35,538 bases of DNA, taken from NCBI GenBank assembly GCA_000934665.2, contig JYFJ02004015.1, positions 1-35,538 on the forward strand, given 5' to 3'. The notes beneath the pieces were generated by a model. That model saw only the letters and a list, made by a program, of their open reading frames with translations, was not told where the DNA came from and did not search any database. The position numbers were made by a program, and so were the translations under genes. Positions 25,927 through 35,538 of the stretch are shown one piece after another. The DNA is from Catajapyx aquilonaris (taxonomy: Eukaryota). Position 1 is the first letter of the stretch. Each line of letters opens with the position of its first letter.

Positions 25927-26140
25927 CTTGAGCCTGTCCGGTTGTGCTCATCTCCAGCTGGCTCCTGGCGTCCTGCAGCCTCTCGTTGAGGACGGCTCTC
26001 TCGATGTCTTCTACTTGGTCGTCGTCGTCCACCGAAGCAGGGTTGTTGAGCCTGGCGTTCTCCAGCTGCCTCAACAGCTCCTTCACCTCATCAGTCGCCG
26101 TGGACAGGGCCGAGTCCAGAGGGGTTGCTTCCGCCGCCAT
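25927..26140 (-). CDS. CENPK: Centromere protein K, coding exon 1
   Basis: ATG at 26140; helical/coiled-coil-like MAAEATPLDS...GQAQ; donor CAA G|GTAAAT (phase 1); 59-bp intron 25868-25926. Confidence 0.82.
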
Positions 26141-26754
26141 AGCCTCTTATTCACCTCAGCAGGTTTGAATCGAACTCAACGGACATAAAGACAAGGAATG
26201 CCTGCCTGCCGCCAAAGGCCAAACTCAGGCCTCCTTGTCCTGGTCAGAAACACTAAGCTTTGTAATATTGGACACCACGAGGCGTTGCATGACATGCCAT
26301 GTTGTTGTATGGCACTGTTGTTAGCGCCACATGTAGGCTGATGTGTGCAATGTGTTGTGAACTTTTGTCTGTTTATGGCAGTAATTCGCTTTCCTTCCGA
26401 AGGCGGCGCTGGCTACTTCCGCCAAATTGGAGCGCACAGTTGAAAATGGTTTGAAAGATGTGCAGCGTGGACTAGAGTGTAGGCAATTATTGCCGAAGGT
26501 GGTGCAATAAATATTTTTCAAATAGGCTACAATAATAAGAAATAGAGGCGAAATCTGCATCAAACACTTACCTAGGCTATACTACCATCATGATCATCAG
26601 CTTGGTTTTCATGTCAAATAATGTCAGCAGGACGGGTACGTTTGTCATGGATTTTTGTGCGATAATTTTGGCGTGTGTGCAGCCTATTTTCATAAAATTA
26701 TAGATGGGAGCAGCTTGTTTCAGGCAGCATATACGGTCCAAAAGACAGTAGATT

Positions 26755-26820
26755 GGGACCCAAGATGGCCGCCATTTCGCGCGCTGGAAGACGATTGGGT
26801 AGGTCTAGCCAATCAGCGCT
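26755..26820 (-). promoter_or_regulatory. Probable CENP-K promoter (YY1-type motif plus CCAAT box)
   Basis: CAAGATGGCCGCCATT at 26761-26776 (overlapping YY1-like motifs on both strands) and AGCCAATCAG with CCAAT at 26809-26813. A strong donor TAG|GTAAGT at 26571 and an acceptor near 26240 suggest a 5' UTR intron. Confidence 0.5.
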
Positions 26821-26821
26821 T

Positions 26822-26977
26822 CGGTACTCAGGTGTACACCTGCGAGTGGTACTCCCAGGTACTCCTCAGGTACCACACTCTTTATTACTCCTTGGTACTC
26901 CTGTGAGTGGTACTCCCAGGTACCTCACTCTGTATTTACTCCTTGGTACTCCTTGAATTTGGTACTCCAGTGTACAC
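26822..26977. repeat. GGTACTC-rich imperfect tandem repeat
   Basis: About nine GGTAC cores; two larger units starting GAGTGGTACTCCCAGGTAC near 26844 and 26905; bracketed by ggtactc..gtgtacac direct repeats. Confidence 0.85.
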
Positions 26978-27119
26978 TTTTCAGTCGAGTGATTGCTCCC
27001 TTAGATAGTCATAATGACCTGGGCATTGAGCATTGCAGGCACAGCAGACTAACCACTGTGTCTCAGTTGGTGTGTATGTAAGAAGATAGATACTTCACTA
27101 TTTCTCTTAGAAAAGTGTA

Positions 27120-27257
27120 AAATTGTACATTATTTCATACTTGTCATGTTTTTTGTTGTGTTTCATTCAAGTTTCCCTTGCTCTTCGGGTTATCCAACCT
27201 AATTTGTTATCAGACTATGCCCTGTCCCGTGGGTGACGGATAATCGGAGTTCTACTG
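27120..27257. mobile_element. Partial second copy of the 30339-30611 MITE family
   Basis: Shared blocks attgtacattatttcat, tttcattcaagttt, gtgggtgacggata and ttctactg occur in the same order. Confidence 0.6.
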
Positions 27258-28724
27258 CACCACACGTGGTGTCTGCAACCCATTCATTTAAATACTGGCA
27301 GATGAGTTTGATATAAGTTCCAATAACCCAATGGTACAAATTGTTCATTATACAGGCATGACTTATTATGAGCTATTCTAGCCTCGACCTTGCTGGGTAT
27401 GGACTATTCTGCCTTGAGACTGAAAGCAGGTCCTGCCTTATCTGAATGAGGCTGGCTCCTCATCACCCACGGCAATAACCAAGGGTGATATAAAGCTCAG
27501 CATATGGCATGCATTTCACAGATAAATATGATCATGTGCAAGGCACAACAATTCCACACCTGGCAGGACATCTTATTTTTAAGTGGTACTAAGCCCTACT
27601 GTGACATGAAACTGGTCACAACCAGGAGTTATTTTTGTAGAACAAAAAAAAAAAAAAAATCTCCCTTCATGAAAGCCAAGGGGGCCACAGGTAGTGTACT
27701 GGTCCAGTCATTAAACTGCCACAAATTTTACAGAAAAGTAGTCACATGTGAGAAGAGACCGCTCGGAAGAGACATCACCAGCTTTACAGTGATCCTTGCC
27801 ATCTTTATATGCATATCACCTGCTGCATAAAATGTTCGCAGATGATATGTTATTGTTCTTCCAATGTTCATAAAAAAATGTGAAGCTGTAATTAATATGT
27901 AGTTACAAGCAGGGACACAATTTTTCCCCTTTTTATTTGTAAACTTTTGACAATAAGTATGACAAAATAGTGAACACTCTGTTACTGTAAAACCCTGTTA
28001 ATCCATCCCCTGATGGCACACTTCGTCCTTTCCTAAACTACCTAAATTACCTGAATCAGGCCCACACTCGTAATATATTACTCTTCTCTGCAAGGTATGC
28101 TTGGTTTCAAATGTACAACGTGGAGCCAAACTTACCCTGACCTCTGCATAAATAAATTTTCCAGTCACTTGTTTTTTAAACCCTACTTGACTGTATAAAT
28201 TCACTAAAGTAAACTGAAGGGACTGGCTAGCAAAATCCTAGACATTCTTGAAACCTTGTGACTTTTTTTTTTTTCTTTCTTCAGACATGTACGTCTAGAT
28301 TGCAGCAAGTCCCCCCCAAAGCCTGTGTATAAATATAGTCTTATGCAAAAATGGGTGTTGGATTAACATGGTTCATGTACTAGTTCCTGTCAAAACACGA
28401 CAAAAAAAAAAAAAATCAAAAGATCAGCACATAACAAATAGGCGGTATGGTCTCCAGGGAAAGCTCCGTCATCAGTCTGTAGACATGATCTGAAATTTTG
28501 TAACATTTCATGAGCTTTGTGCAACATATGAGCAATCAGCATTTCATAATCCAATTTTTTAAATCAGTCCTAGCCTACCTTGGCTGTAGTTGTAAAACTG
28601 TGTTCATGATTTGCTAGGCTTCCCCTGGCTCGTCATCCGCATCACTCCTCCACCTAATGTATGAAGTGAGTTGTCATTCTAATTCGACAAACGTCTCGCC
28701 ATATCCTTACCGTCCCTTGTGCAC

Positions 28725-29105
28725 CTAGGAAACGGTGCACCCGGACTTCTCCTGAGGATTTCCGTCCGCCTTCTCCACCTCCATGACAACTGCATTGAAG
28801 ACGTCTGCCACAGACTCCCTCTCTTTGGCGGAGGCCTCCACAAAGGCAGCCTTCCACTGCTCCGCTAGCTTCCTTCCCTCCTCCCTGCTCACCCGCCTCT
28901 CAGTGCGGAGGTCCGTCTTGTTCCCAACCAGGACCAGAGGGAGATTCACCTTGCCAGTCATGTCCACGAGTTTGTCGTAGATCACCTTCACCACGTCAAA
29001 TGATTTGTCATCTACAATGGAGTACACCAAGACGTAGCCATGAATGTCCATCGAGTACTGGGTCGGAAATATCGAGTACTCATCCTGGCCTGCGGTGTCC
29101 ACCAC
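28725..29105 (-). CDS. Rheb: Rheb GTPase, coding exon 2 (183 aa in total)
   Basis: Acceptor cttcttatttcag|GTG; VVDTAGQDEYSIFP, NKTD and EASAK motifs; CAAX box CTVS*. Candidate AATAAA (minus) at 27937-27932. Confidence 0.97.
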   Translation of the reverse strand: MVDTAGQDEYSIFPTQYSMDIHGYVLVYSIVDDKSFDVVKVIYDKLVDMTGKVNLPLVLVGNKTDLRTERRVSREEGRKLAEQWKAAFVEASAKERESVADVFNAVVMEVEKADGNPQEKSGCTVS

Positions 29106-30338
29106 CTGAAATAAGAAGTTGCTTTTAGCTCTAGATCATGTTTACAACTAGTGATTAAATTATCAAGTGGTTACACACAATAACAACAGAGATAAATAAT
29201 TAACAATTTTCATGAAATACTTCTGAGGTAATGTACAAGTTGCAGAATGTCATTATCAAGCATCATACGGGAAGGTTATGATGACAGAGATTGTATATTA
29301 TTTGTGTGCTATTGTGTATTATTTGCGGCGAGTCCCCATTCTGCAGCTGGTATTGTGATAAGTAATTTTGCAGGTGCAAAGTAAGCTCGTGTGTCATTGT
29401 TTACCACTACTGTAGAGCAATTATGTGATATCATACAATGAGCTGGTCTGGCCTAGATTGTTACTAATGCTCAATATGTTTTATTGATCCCATGTTATTG
29501 GATAATAACATGCAAAATTATTCTGAAACCATGCAGATTTTTAAGAAATGTTCAAATTTTGATTAGTTCATGCCAGTTCAGGTAAGGACAATAATCATAA
29601 AATTGCTGCAATGAAATACTGCAAGTGCACATAAGGGTAATGCCTTGGTGATAAAAACTGTGTTCTTACTTAACACTCGCATTGCATAACAGGCTCAGCA
29701 TAACCTTGAATATCTTATCACCTTCTTCTCTGTCTAATCAAGCACGTATGTTTGAAGCAACTGTTTGTTATAAGGCATCAGCATATATGCATTTTAATGC
29801 TTCAGAGCAAGTCAGGTCCAGCTTGCAAACATTAAAATGGCAAGGGGTTGTTTTGCAACAAAACCACAACATTCCAATACCGCAGATTAGATACGACCAC
29901 AACAGTCTGTCGTTCTTCAAAGGGCATCTTGATGTGATAAGGGTTTTTTTTTCTCAATAAAACCCAATCCCATGTCATGCTCAATCCTCATGATATGCTC
30001 AAGATTAGCCGACACGATCCAATCTGAAAATGTGCCTGAAAACTAGGTTACTATGGCAGAAATTTGCACTTGTTTTTCCCCCTTATCATTACCATAATTA
30101 TATTTGGTACATGTTGAAACGATTCAAAAAATGCAAAGCGCCAGGCACAGATTGTAATATTTACTGCTCTGCTGTAAAGGTTTAGCATATTTGTTTAAAA
30201 TGTCCAGGCAGGTCCTCACATTTCTTGGCACTTTGGCATCCGAATAATCAACGCAAGGCAAACGCGAAATTCACATTACTACGGTAAAGATAATGGGAGC
30301 AATTCGATGGAATTTTTGGGAAAGACGGACAGTGAATA

Positions 30339-30611
30339 CAGAGAACCCCGATTTTTATCTGACTGTCCCACTCCAGAAATATATTTTTCTCATCAAACAC
30401 TGTACTGTACTAGCCTACGCATTTGTTTTGTATCGCTAAATGGTAAGTACAGTACAATAAGTGTGCATGTAAAAGATAAATACGAGACTTCACCGTTTTT
30501 TTTAGAAAACCAGTAATATTGTACATTATTTCATGCTTTTTGTTCTTTCATTAAAGTTTTCTTTGCTCCGACCATCCTGTGGGTGATGGATATTAATTGG
30601 GGATTCTACTG
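30339..30611. mobile_element. Tigger-like MITE in the Rheb intron
   Basis: TA|CAGAGAACCCC ... GGGGATTCTACTG|TA; its right half is shared with 27120-27257. Confidence 0.6.
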
Positions 30612-30980
30612 TACCTCATTTTAAAATGCACGTACGCTAATCTAGCACCTGCTGGCTTCATTTATGACCAAATGTAACATTGGGCGTAATAATTCCCCAT
30701 CAGCGGCTCGTTATCAGCCTAAACATGAAAATAATATGGAAATTGCAACACAACATATCCATCGCAAAGTACCTATCTGCATTATGCCGATAAAATTATC
30801 GACATCACCTCTACACAACGATGCACTGAATCACGGCCTATGCCATGTTCTCACCTCTGTATCGGTTGCACGCAACGTACATTACATGCGGCATTCTGTC
30901 AAATGCGGCACAGAAAAAGTGAGTCCGCATTTTATCAGCAGACAGCCTCCATTTGCAATTGTAAAATTGGGCTACGGCTG

Positions 30981-31016
<36 letters not shown>
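30981..31016. repeat. (ATT)12 microsatellite in the Rheb intron
   Basis: Perfect trinucleotide run. Confidence 0.97.
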
Positions 31017-31019
<3 letters not shown>

Positions 31020-31083
31020 GGCGCGAAAGTGCGCGTTATTTTTGTTGTGAATGGGTGTGTGTGCGTGGGAGGCAGTGAGTGAC

Positions 31084-31254
31084 CTTGATCTCGTACTCCT
31101 GTCCCCTGATCTTGACTGCCTTGGAGAAGGTGTTCTCGATGGTGGGCTCGTACTGGTCCACAAACTGACCCTGGACGAACTGGATGGTCAGGGAGGACTT
31201 GCCCACGGACCTGAAACCCATGACCGCGATCTTGCGCTGCTTTGGAGGAGCCAT
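31084..31254 (-). CDS. Rheb: Rheb GTPase, coding exon 1
   Basis: MAPPKQRKIAVMGFRSVGKSSLTIQFVQGQFVDQYEPTIENTF...GQEYEIK has the Rheb-specific Arg-Ser in the P-loop and the Y-x-PTIEN effector loop. Phase-0 donor AAG|GTCACT. Confidence 0.96.
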
Positions 31255-31560
31255 CCCGCCTCTCTCTTGGGGTGTGTCACTTCCTCCTTCTTTCTCCTCC
31301 TCGGAACAAGCTAGGGCGTCTCAAGATGGCCTTAGAGAAGAGGCGAAAGGGATGCGACGGAGCTGCTGCGGACTGGTCAGGAGAGATTCGCTGGTGGTGT
31401 TGGCATCGACGCCATCTTGCCCGATTTGCACGGTTGGGACCACTGCCGCCGGAAGGGTTGGCGGCGCTGGGATAGAAGCCAGCCTCAAGCCCCAAGAGGC
31501 ATCTGGCGGACGGGGACGACACCACTGGAAAATGACCGCGGGAGATCCGAACTCACAAGA
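31255..31560 (-). promoter_or_regulatory. GC/CpG-rich Rheb 5' UTR / promoter region
   Basis: Abrupt GC- and CpG-rich stretch upstream of the ATG, with YY1-like CAAGATGGC motifs at 31322-31330 (+) and 31419-31410 (-). Confidence 0.45.
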
Positions 31561-31599
31561 CACGGCTACAAAATTGGGGGTAACACACAATAACACTGA

Positions 31600-33899
31600 G
31601 AAAAAAGTCCAGGTCCATTTTTTCTGTATTTTTTTTCCATCAGCAGATATAATTATTCCCCTGGTAGGAAACAAATTCAACAGCGTCCAGTCCCACTCAA
31701 AACACGCTCTTGTCTCACCTTCTCCTCTTATTATTTCTTTTTTTTTTTTGACAAAGAGAACACAATAGAATACTGAAAAACTGTGGAAAGGAAATATAAG
31801 AGACGGTACACCTTTGGTTCCTCCAAAAATTCGAACACAAAATTTTTAAGAAGAAGCGAGAGAGGAAAAAAAAAAAATCTTTTTCGTGTTTGTTGTTTTT
31901 TTCTTCACTTATTTTTTTCTTCTTCTTCTTCTTTTCGTTTTTTCAACTGCATAGTGGTGGATTATAAAATTTTCTTTTTGGATTTGTCTGGTTTTGGTGA
32001 AAGCTGAGGGGGGTTACGGGGGGAGTGGAAGTTAGACAATAATAATAAGTTACGCACCTCCTGAAACAAAGGTACTTCCTGTTCAACAGTGACTGTGGTT
32101 TATTCTTGGGGGGGTAGTTAGTTAATAGTAGTTTGTGTAGTGTTGATGAAATGGGGAACTGATTGAAGGCAAGTGCAGCTTGTGGTGTGCAAACCGCAAG
32201 GCTTCAAAAAATACTTAATGATCCTGTAGTTTAATAAAGTCATATCCCTGTTTCGTCTGTTGTGTTGTGTACAGTAAAATAAATTAGGAATAGACTATTA
32301 GTCTACTACTGTAGGGCATTATTATTATTATTATTTTCTTTTTTATTGTTTATTTTTATTTTATGGGATTATTTATGTTGTCGGGCGCGACGGTTTCGTT
32401 AGCTATTGCCTGAGAAGCCGGTGTGTTTATGGTAGTCGCCAACGCTTTGTGTGACACGCTGGCGGTTTGAGACCTGTATGAATTAATTAGTGGATGGCTG
32501 ATCAAGACACTTGCAGTGAGGTACCGTTGTCAAATAACGGCGTTCGATAAGTAAAATAAAAATATTCTACGTTCTGCTGCCGTGTTCCATTCAGCATACG
32601 AAATGTTCCTTGAGATATACAGACACTTGACTAGGTTATTCTTCTTTTTTTCATCTTCTCTTTTTTTATACTGAGGTATGGTGGGGGCAGGGAGGGGGGT
32701 AAGGGAGAGAGAGATTTTGGTCTTGGATAGAGGTGTGTACTGCCAGTTATCTACAAAGAGGACCATAATTTTTTTAAACCACGTTATCTGCATCATGACT
32801 CGGATTTCTTTTTTTGGTTCATTTTTCTCTTCTTTTTTCAAAGGGGGGGGGGAGGATGACACCCTACCAAATTTTTTACACACATCTGTACTAAAACATC
32901 CACTGATTATCGACTTGAATAATCTAGACATCAAATTTGCCTGTACTTTTTTGGGCAAGGGTGTTTTTTTAAGGGTTGAGAAAGGGTCATTTTTGGAAAA
33001 GGATTACAAAGGTCCAGGATTATTTTTTGGATATGGAACAGGATTGGGGGTAAGGATAGGGGCAGATATATTATATATATATTTTTCGTCGCAACTAACG
33101 CCTTTTTGGGGGAGGGGGATAGGGTTTGGGGGTAAATTGGGGGAGAAGCCACGAGTACTAAATTTGCGCTTGTCTATCGCAGCTCTGCACTCTCACTTTT
33201 TCTATACACCCACTGTTCTCTGCCCTAGCTTTACATTTTACAGCCCGTACAAACATTAGCCACTCTCACTAATATCGGTACTCGTGCCTGGGAGTAAGGG
33301 TTGGGATGAGGGTATGGGTGGGGGTAGAAGTATTTTGCAGGGTGGGGAGAGTCATCCATCTGTTGGGATGCGCCTAACATCATTATTTTTTATCCATTTT
33401 CTCTNGTTAAGGAGTTTTTTCGAGGGAGATAGTTTGGGGGGTGGGGAGGGAATATACCAGTATACGTTTTGGTGAACAAATGTCAGTCCGCTATACAACA
33501 CTGGCTACTGTGCTTATTTTTTGTGGGTTTTTTTGAACCTCTCCTTCTTTCTCGAGTAAACCTTACTGTTTGGAAACCGCTCTCTCTTTTGCTTTTTCCT
33601 TCTCTCACTCATTTGAACATCTCGCGCCCCAAAAACTGTGCGTCGTCTTATCCATTTCTCCAAAAAATTGTCCACCGCTTTGCAAAAAATCCAGACCCCA
33701 AAACTTCGAGTCAAAAAAAAATTTCTCCTCATGCTTGTAACTAGGGGGAGGTTTTTGCAAGCACACAACCGGGTTAAGCAACAAATCCCACCCAAATTTG
33801 AGCGTCCATCACTTTCTTTTTGGCTTGGCTCCTCCCCCGTCTTTGTGTGTAGTTATGTATATATAATATTAGATCACAATGGTGTTGTCGTAGGGTAGT
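31600..33899 (-). other. Probable FoxP 3' UTR (3' end uncertain)
   Basis: A- and C-run-rich low-complexity sequence on the minus strand after the stop; AATAAA candidates near 32342-32354 and 32099-32104. One ambiguous base (n) at 33405. Confidence 0.55.
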
Positions 33900-34302
33900 C
33901 TATCCTTCGACGATGTGGTCGCAGCGTCCTTCAGTGCCGACGCTGAGGTCCTCTGCCATCTCCTCCTGGTCGCAGTCCTCAGCCGGAGAATGTCCTCCTC
34001 TGACACTGTTCACCTGCTGGGTGTTGGTGGTGCTTCCTCCTCCTCCTCCTCCTCCCCCTCCTCCTCCTCCTTCTGGAGGGAGGGGAGGGGGAGGTCCCAT
34101 GGAATGAGGGGGCATCTCCTCGTCCTGGGTGCTGCTGGGGGGTGGTACGGTGGGTCCGTTGCTGCCGGAGACGGCTCCTCCGCCGTTGTGCTCCAGCATC
34201 TCCTGCTTGATCAGGTGGACCAAACCGCCGTTCTCAGTCGGATGGGGGACCAGGCCGCTAGGCTCTCGCTTCACCACGACCATGCTGGGGTCCACCGGCG
34301 CT
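33900..34302 (-). CDS. FoxP: FoxP transcription factor, last coding exon
   Basis: Acceptor ggcaccttcacag|A; ...VVVKREP...IKQE...poly-Gly...HSPAEDCDQEEMAEDLS... parallels the FOXP tail VKEEP...HSPE...EE..EDL. Confidence 0.8.
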
Positions 34303-34645
34303 CTGTGAAGGTGCCAGAACAGCAGGTCACAATGGTGCCATCGAAGCAGGTGCGCGCGCATTGGTTCGGGTCGTATTTGGGGTACTGCGCAGGCGAATAC
34401 GCAAGTGGGTGGAGCGAATGCGCAAAGAGACGGAGCCATTGCGCCGTACCTCAAATTGCGACTTGAATGCTCGAATGGAACGAATTTATTCAAATGGAAA
34501 TATTTATTCTACATCTTGATACGATTGAACTACTCGCGACAGGGAATGGGAAGAGTTCCCGACCCCTATACCCGTAAGTTGCTTATATCCTGGAATTGGT
34601 GTCGCGCTCCCTTCCCATCCCTTAAACCAAAATCCCGATAACAAC

Positions 34646-34743
34646 CTGTGGGGTGTGGGTGAGCAGGTCTCCTTCTCCGGACTGGATGGGTTGAGCGGCC
34701 CCGTGGTGTTGTTCATGAACGGAAGGTTATCAGCCAGCGCAGC
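34646..34743 (-). CDS. FoxP: FoxP transcription factor, penultimate exon
   Basis: Acceptor ttctttttctttcgcag|; AALADNLPFMNN...CSPTPH-AG|GT resembles the recalled FOXP2 exon AALAESSLPLL...CSPQPH. The phase-2 end matches the next exon. The forkhead domain is outside the window. Confidence 0.8.
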
Positions 34744-35538
34744 CTGCGAAAGAAAAAGAACCCCCGTCCGATCAGAATCACCGTTTGGTCCAGCCTCCAC
34801 AAAAAAATTAGCTACTCTCGACTTCTCAACTAAATCTCTCTCATTTTTTTGTGCCTTCCTATAAAGCCTGTCAGAATAGCACTAGACACATGATTCATAT
34901 TGACAAGTTTACCACCTAGCCTCTCTTTGGTGGGGGGTATAGATTTCCATGACAAAGAATTGTACTAAGAAAAACGAAGCATGGTCATGTTGGCTATGTA
35001 TATATTTACCTCGGGATAGTTCTCACATTGGGTATTCTTGCAAAGAAGAATGCATGTGTTAGTAACTCTTAAGAGTACGAGTGTCAGAATGAAAGGAACA
35101 TGATCTATGTAAGTTAGTATTGCCTGTTGGTTGTTGACCGGCAACTGCTAGAACCGCTACGTGGTCACTGTGATCCAAAACTACAAATTCGGATAAGTTA
35201 ACACGCACTACAAATCAAGAGAACGGATATGTGGCAGCCATGACACTTCAGGGCTAAAATCATGCGAAATATTAAGATGTAAGATTTCAATTACTGGCGA
35301 TGTATTACGCGTAATAAGTTCGGTTGCATCCAGGTTTACCCAGAATTGTTCTGTGCATTGTTTCCAACAATAACCTAGCGTTTAAGGTGAGATGTATGAC
35401 AAGAGTTAATTATTTTGTGTGTTTCGGCAGCCAAGAAGTATAAGTAAAGACTGTTTCGTTTCGCATCGTACTTGTCCGTTCTAGCGATTTCTAGCCAGCT
35501 GGTTACAAGCAGTTGTCTTTCAAACAACAGTCTTTCAA

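Noticed and set aside
25504..26188. Several plus-strand ORFs
   Set aside because: Antisense shadows of CENP-K exons 1-2.
26822..26977. CRISPR-like array
   Set aside because: Eukaryotic context, no unique spacers of constant length and no cas genes.
31184..31768. 194-aa plus-strand ORF and overlapping ORFs
   Set aside because: Antisense to Rheb exon 1 and its GC-rich leader; no protein-like features.
31812..31818. miR-9 seed match (ACCAAAG on minus strand) downstream of FoxP
   Set aside because: A single 7-mer is near chance level and may lie beyond the poly(A) site.
32530..33259. 142-aa and 193-aa ORFs
   Set aside because: Homopolymer-driven F/G/K-rich translations of probable FoxP 3' UTR.

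Overview
Animal genomic DNA, most likely an arthropod: the filamin CH1 sequence [15 protein letters not shown] is cheerio-like. Four spliced genes lie head-to-tail on the minus strand. From right to left they are: the last two exons and long 3' UTR of FoxP; a two-exon Rheb; a four-exon CENP-K (243 aa) whose diagnostic last exon is absent from the ORF track; and the first two coding exons of filamin, separated by a 12.5 kb intron. Introns and intergenic DNA hold many small non-autonomous transposons. The densest cluster is CENP-K intron 2, which carries a Tigger MITE resembling mammalian MER2/MER2B, a 46-bp hAT element nested inside it, two further MITEs and a V-domain tRNA SINE. Gene models were built by hand from splice signals and phase. 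Family assignments rest on recalled sequences and need database confirmation. Most ORF-track entries are spurious or antisense shadows.
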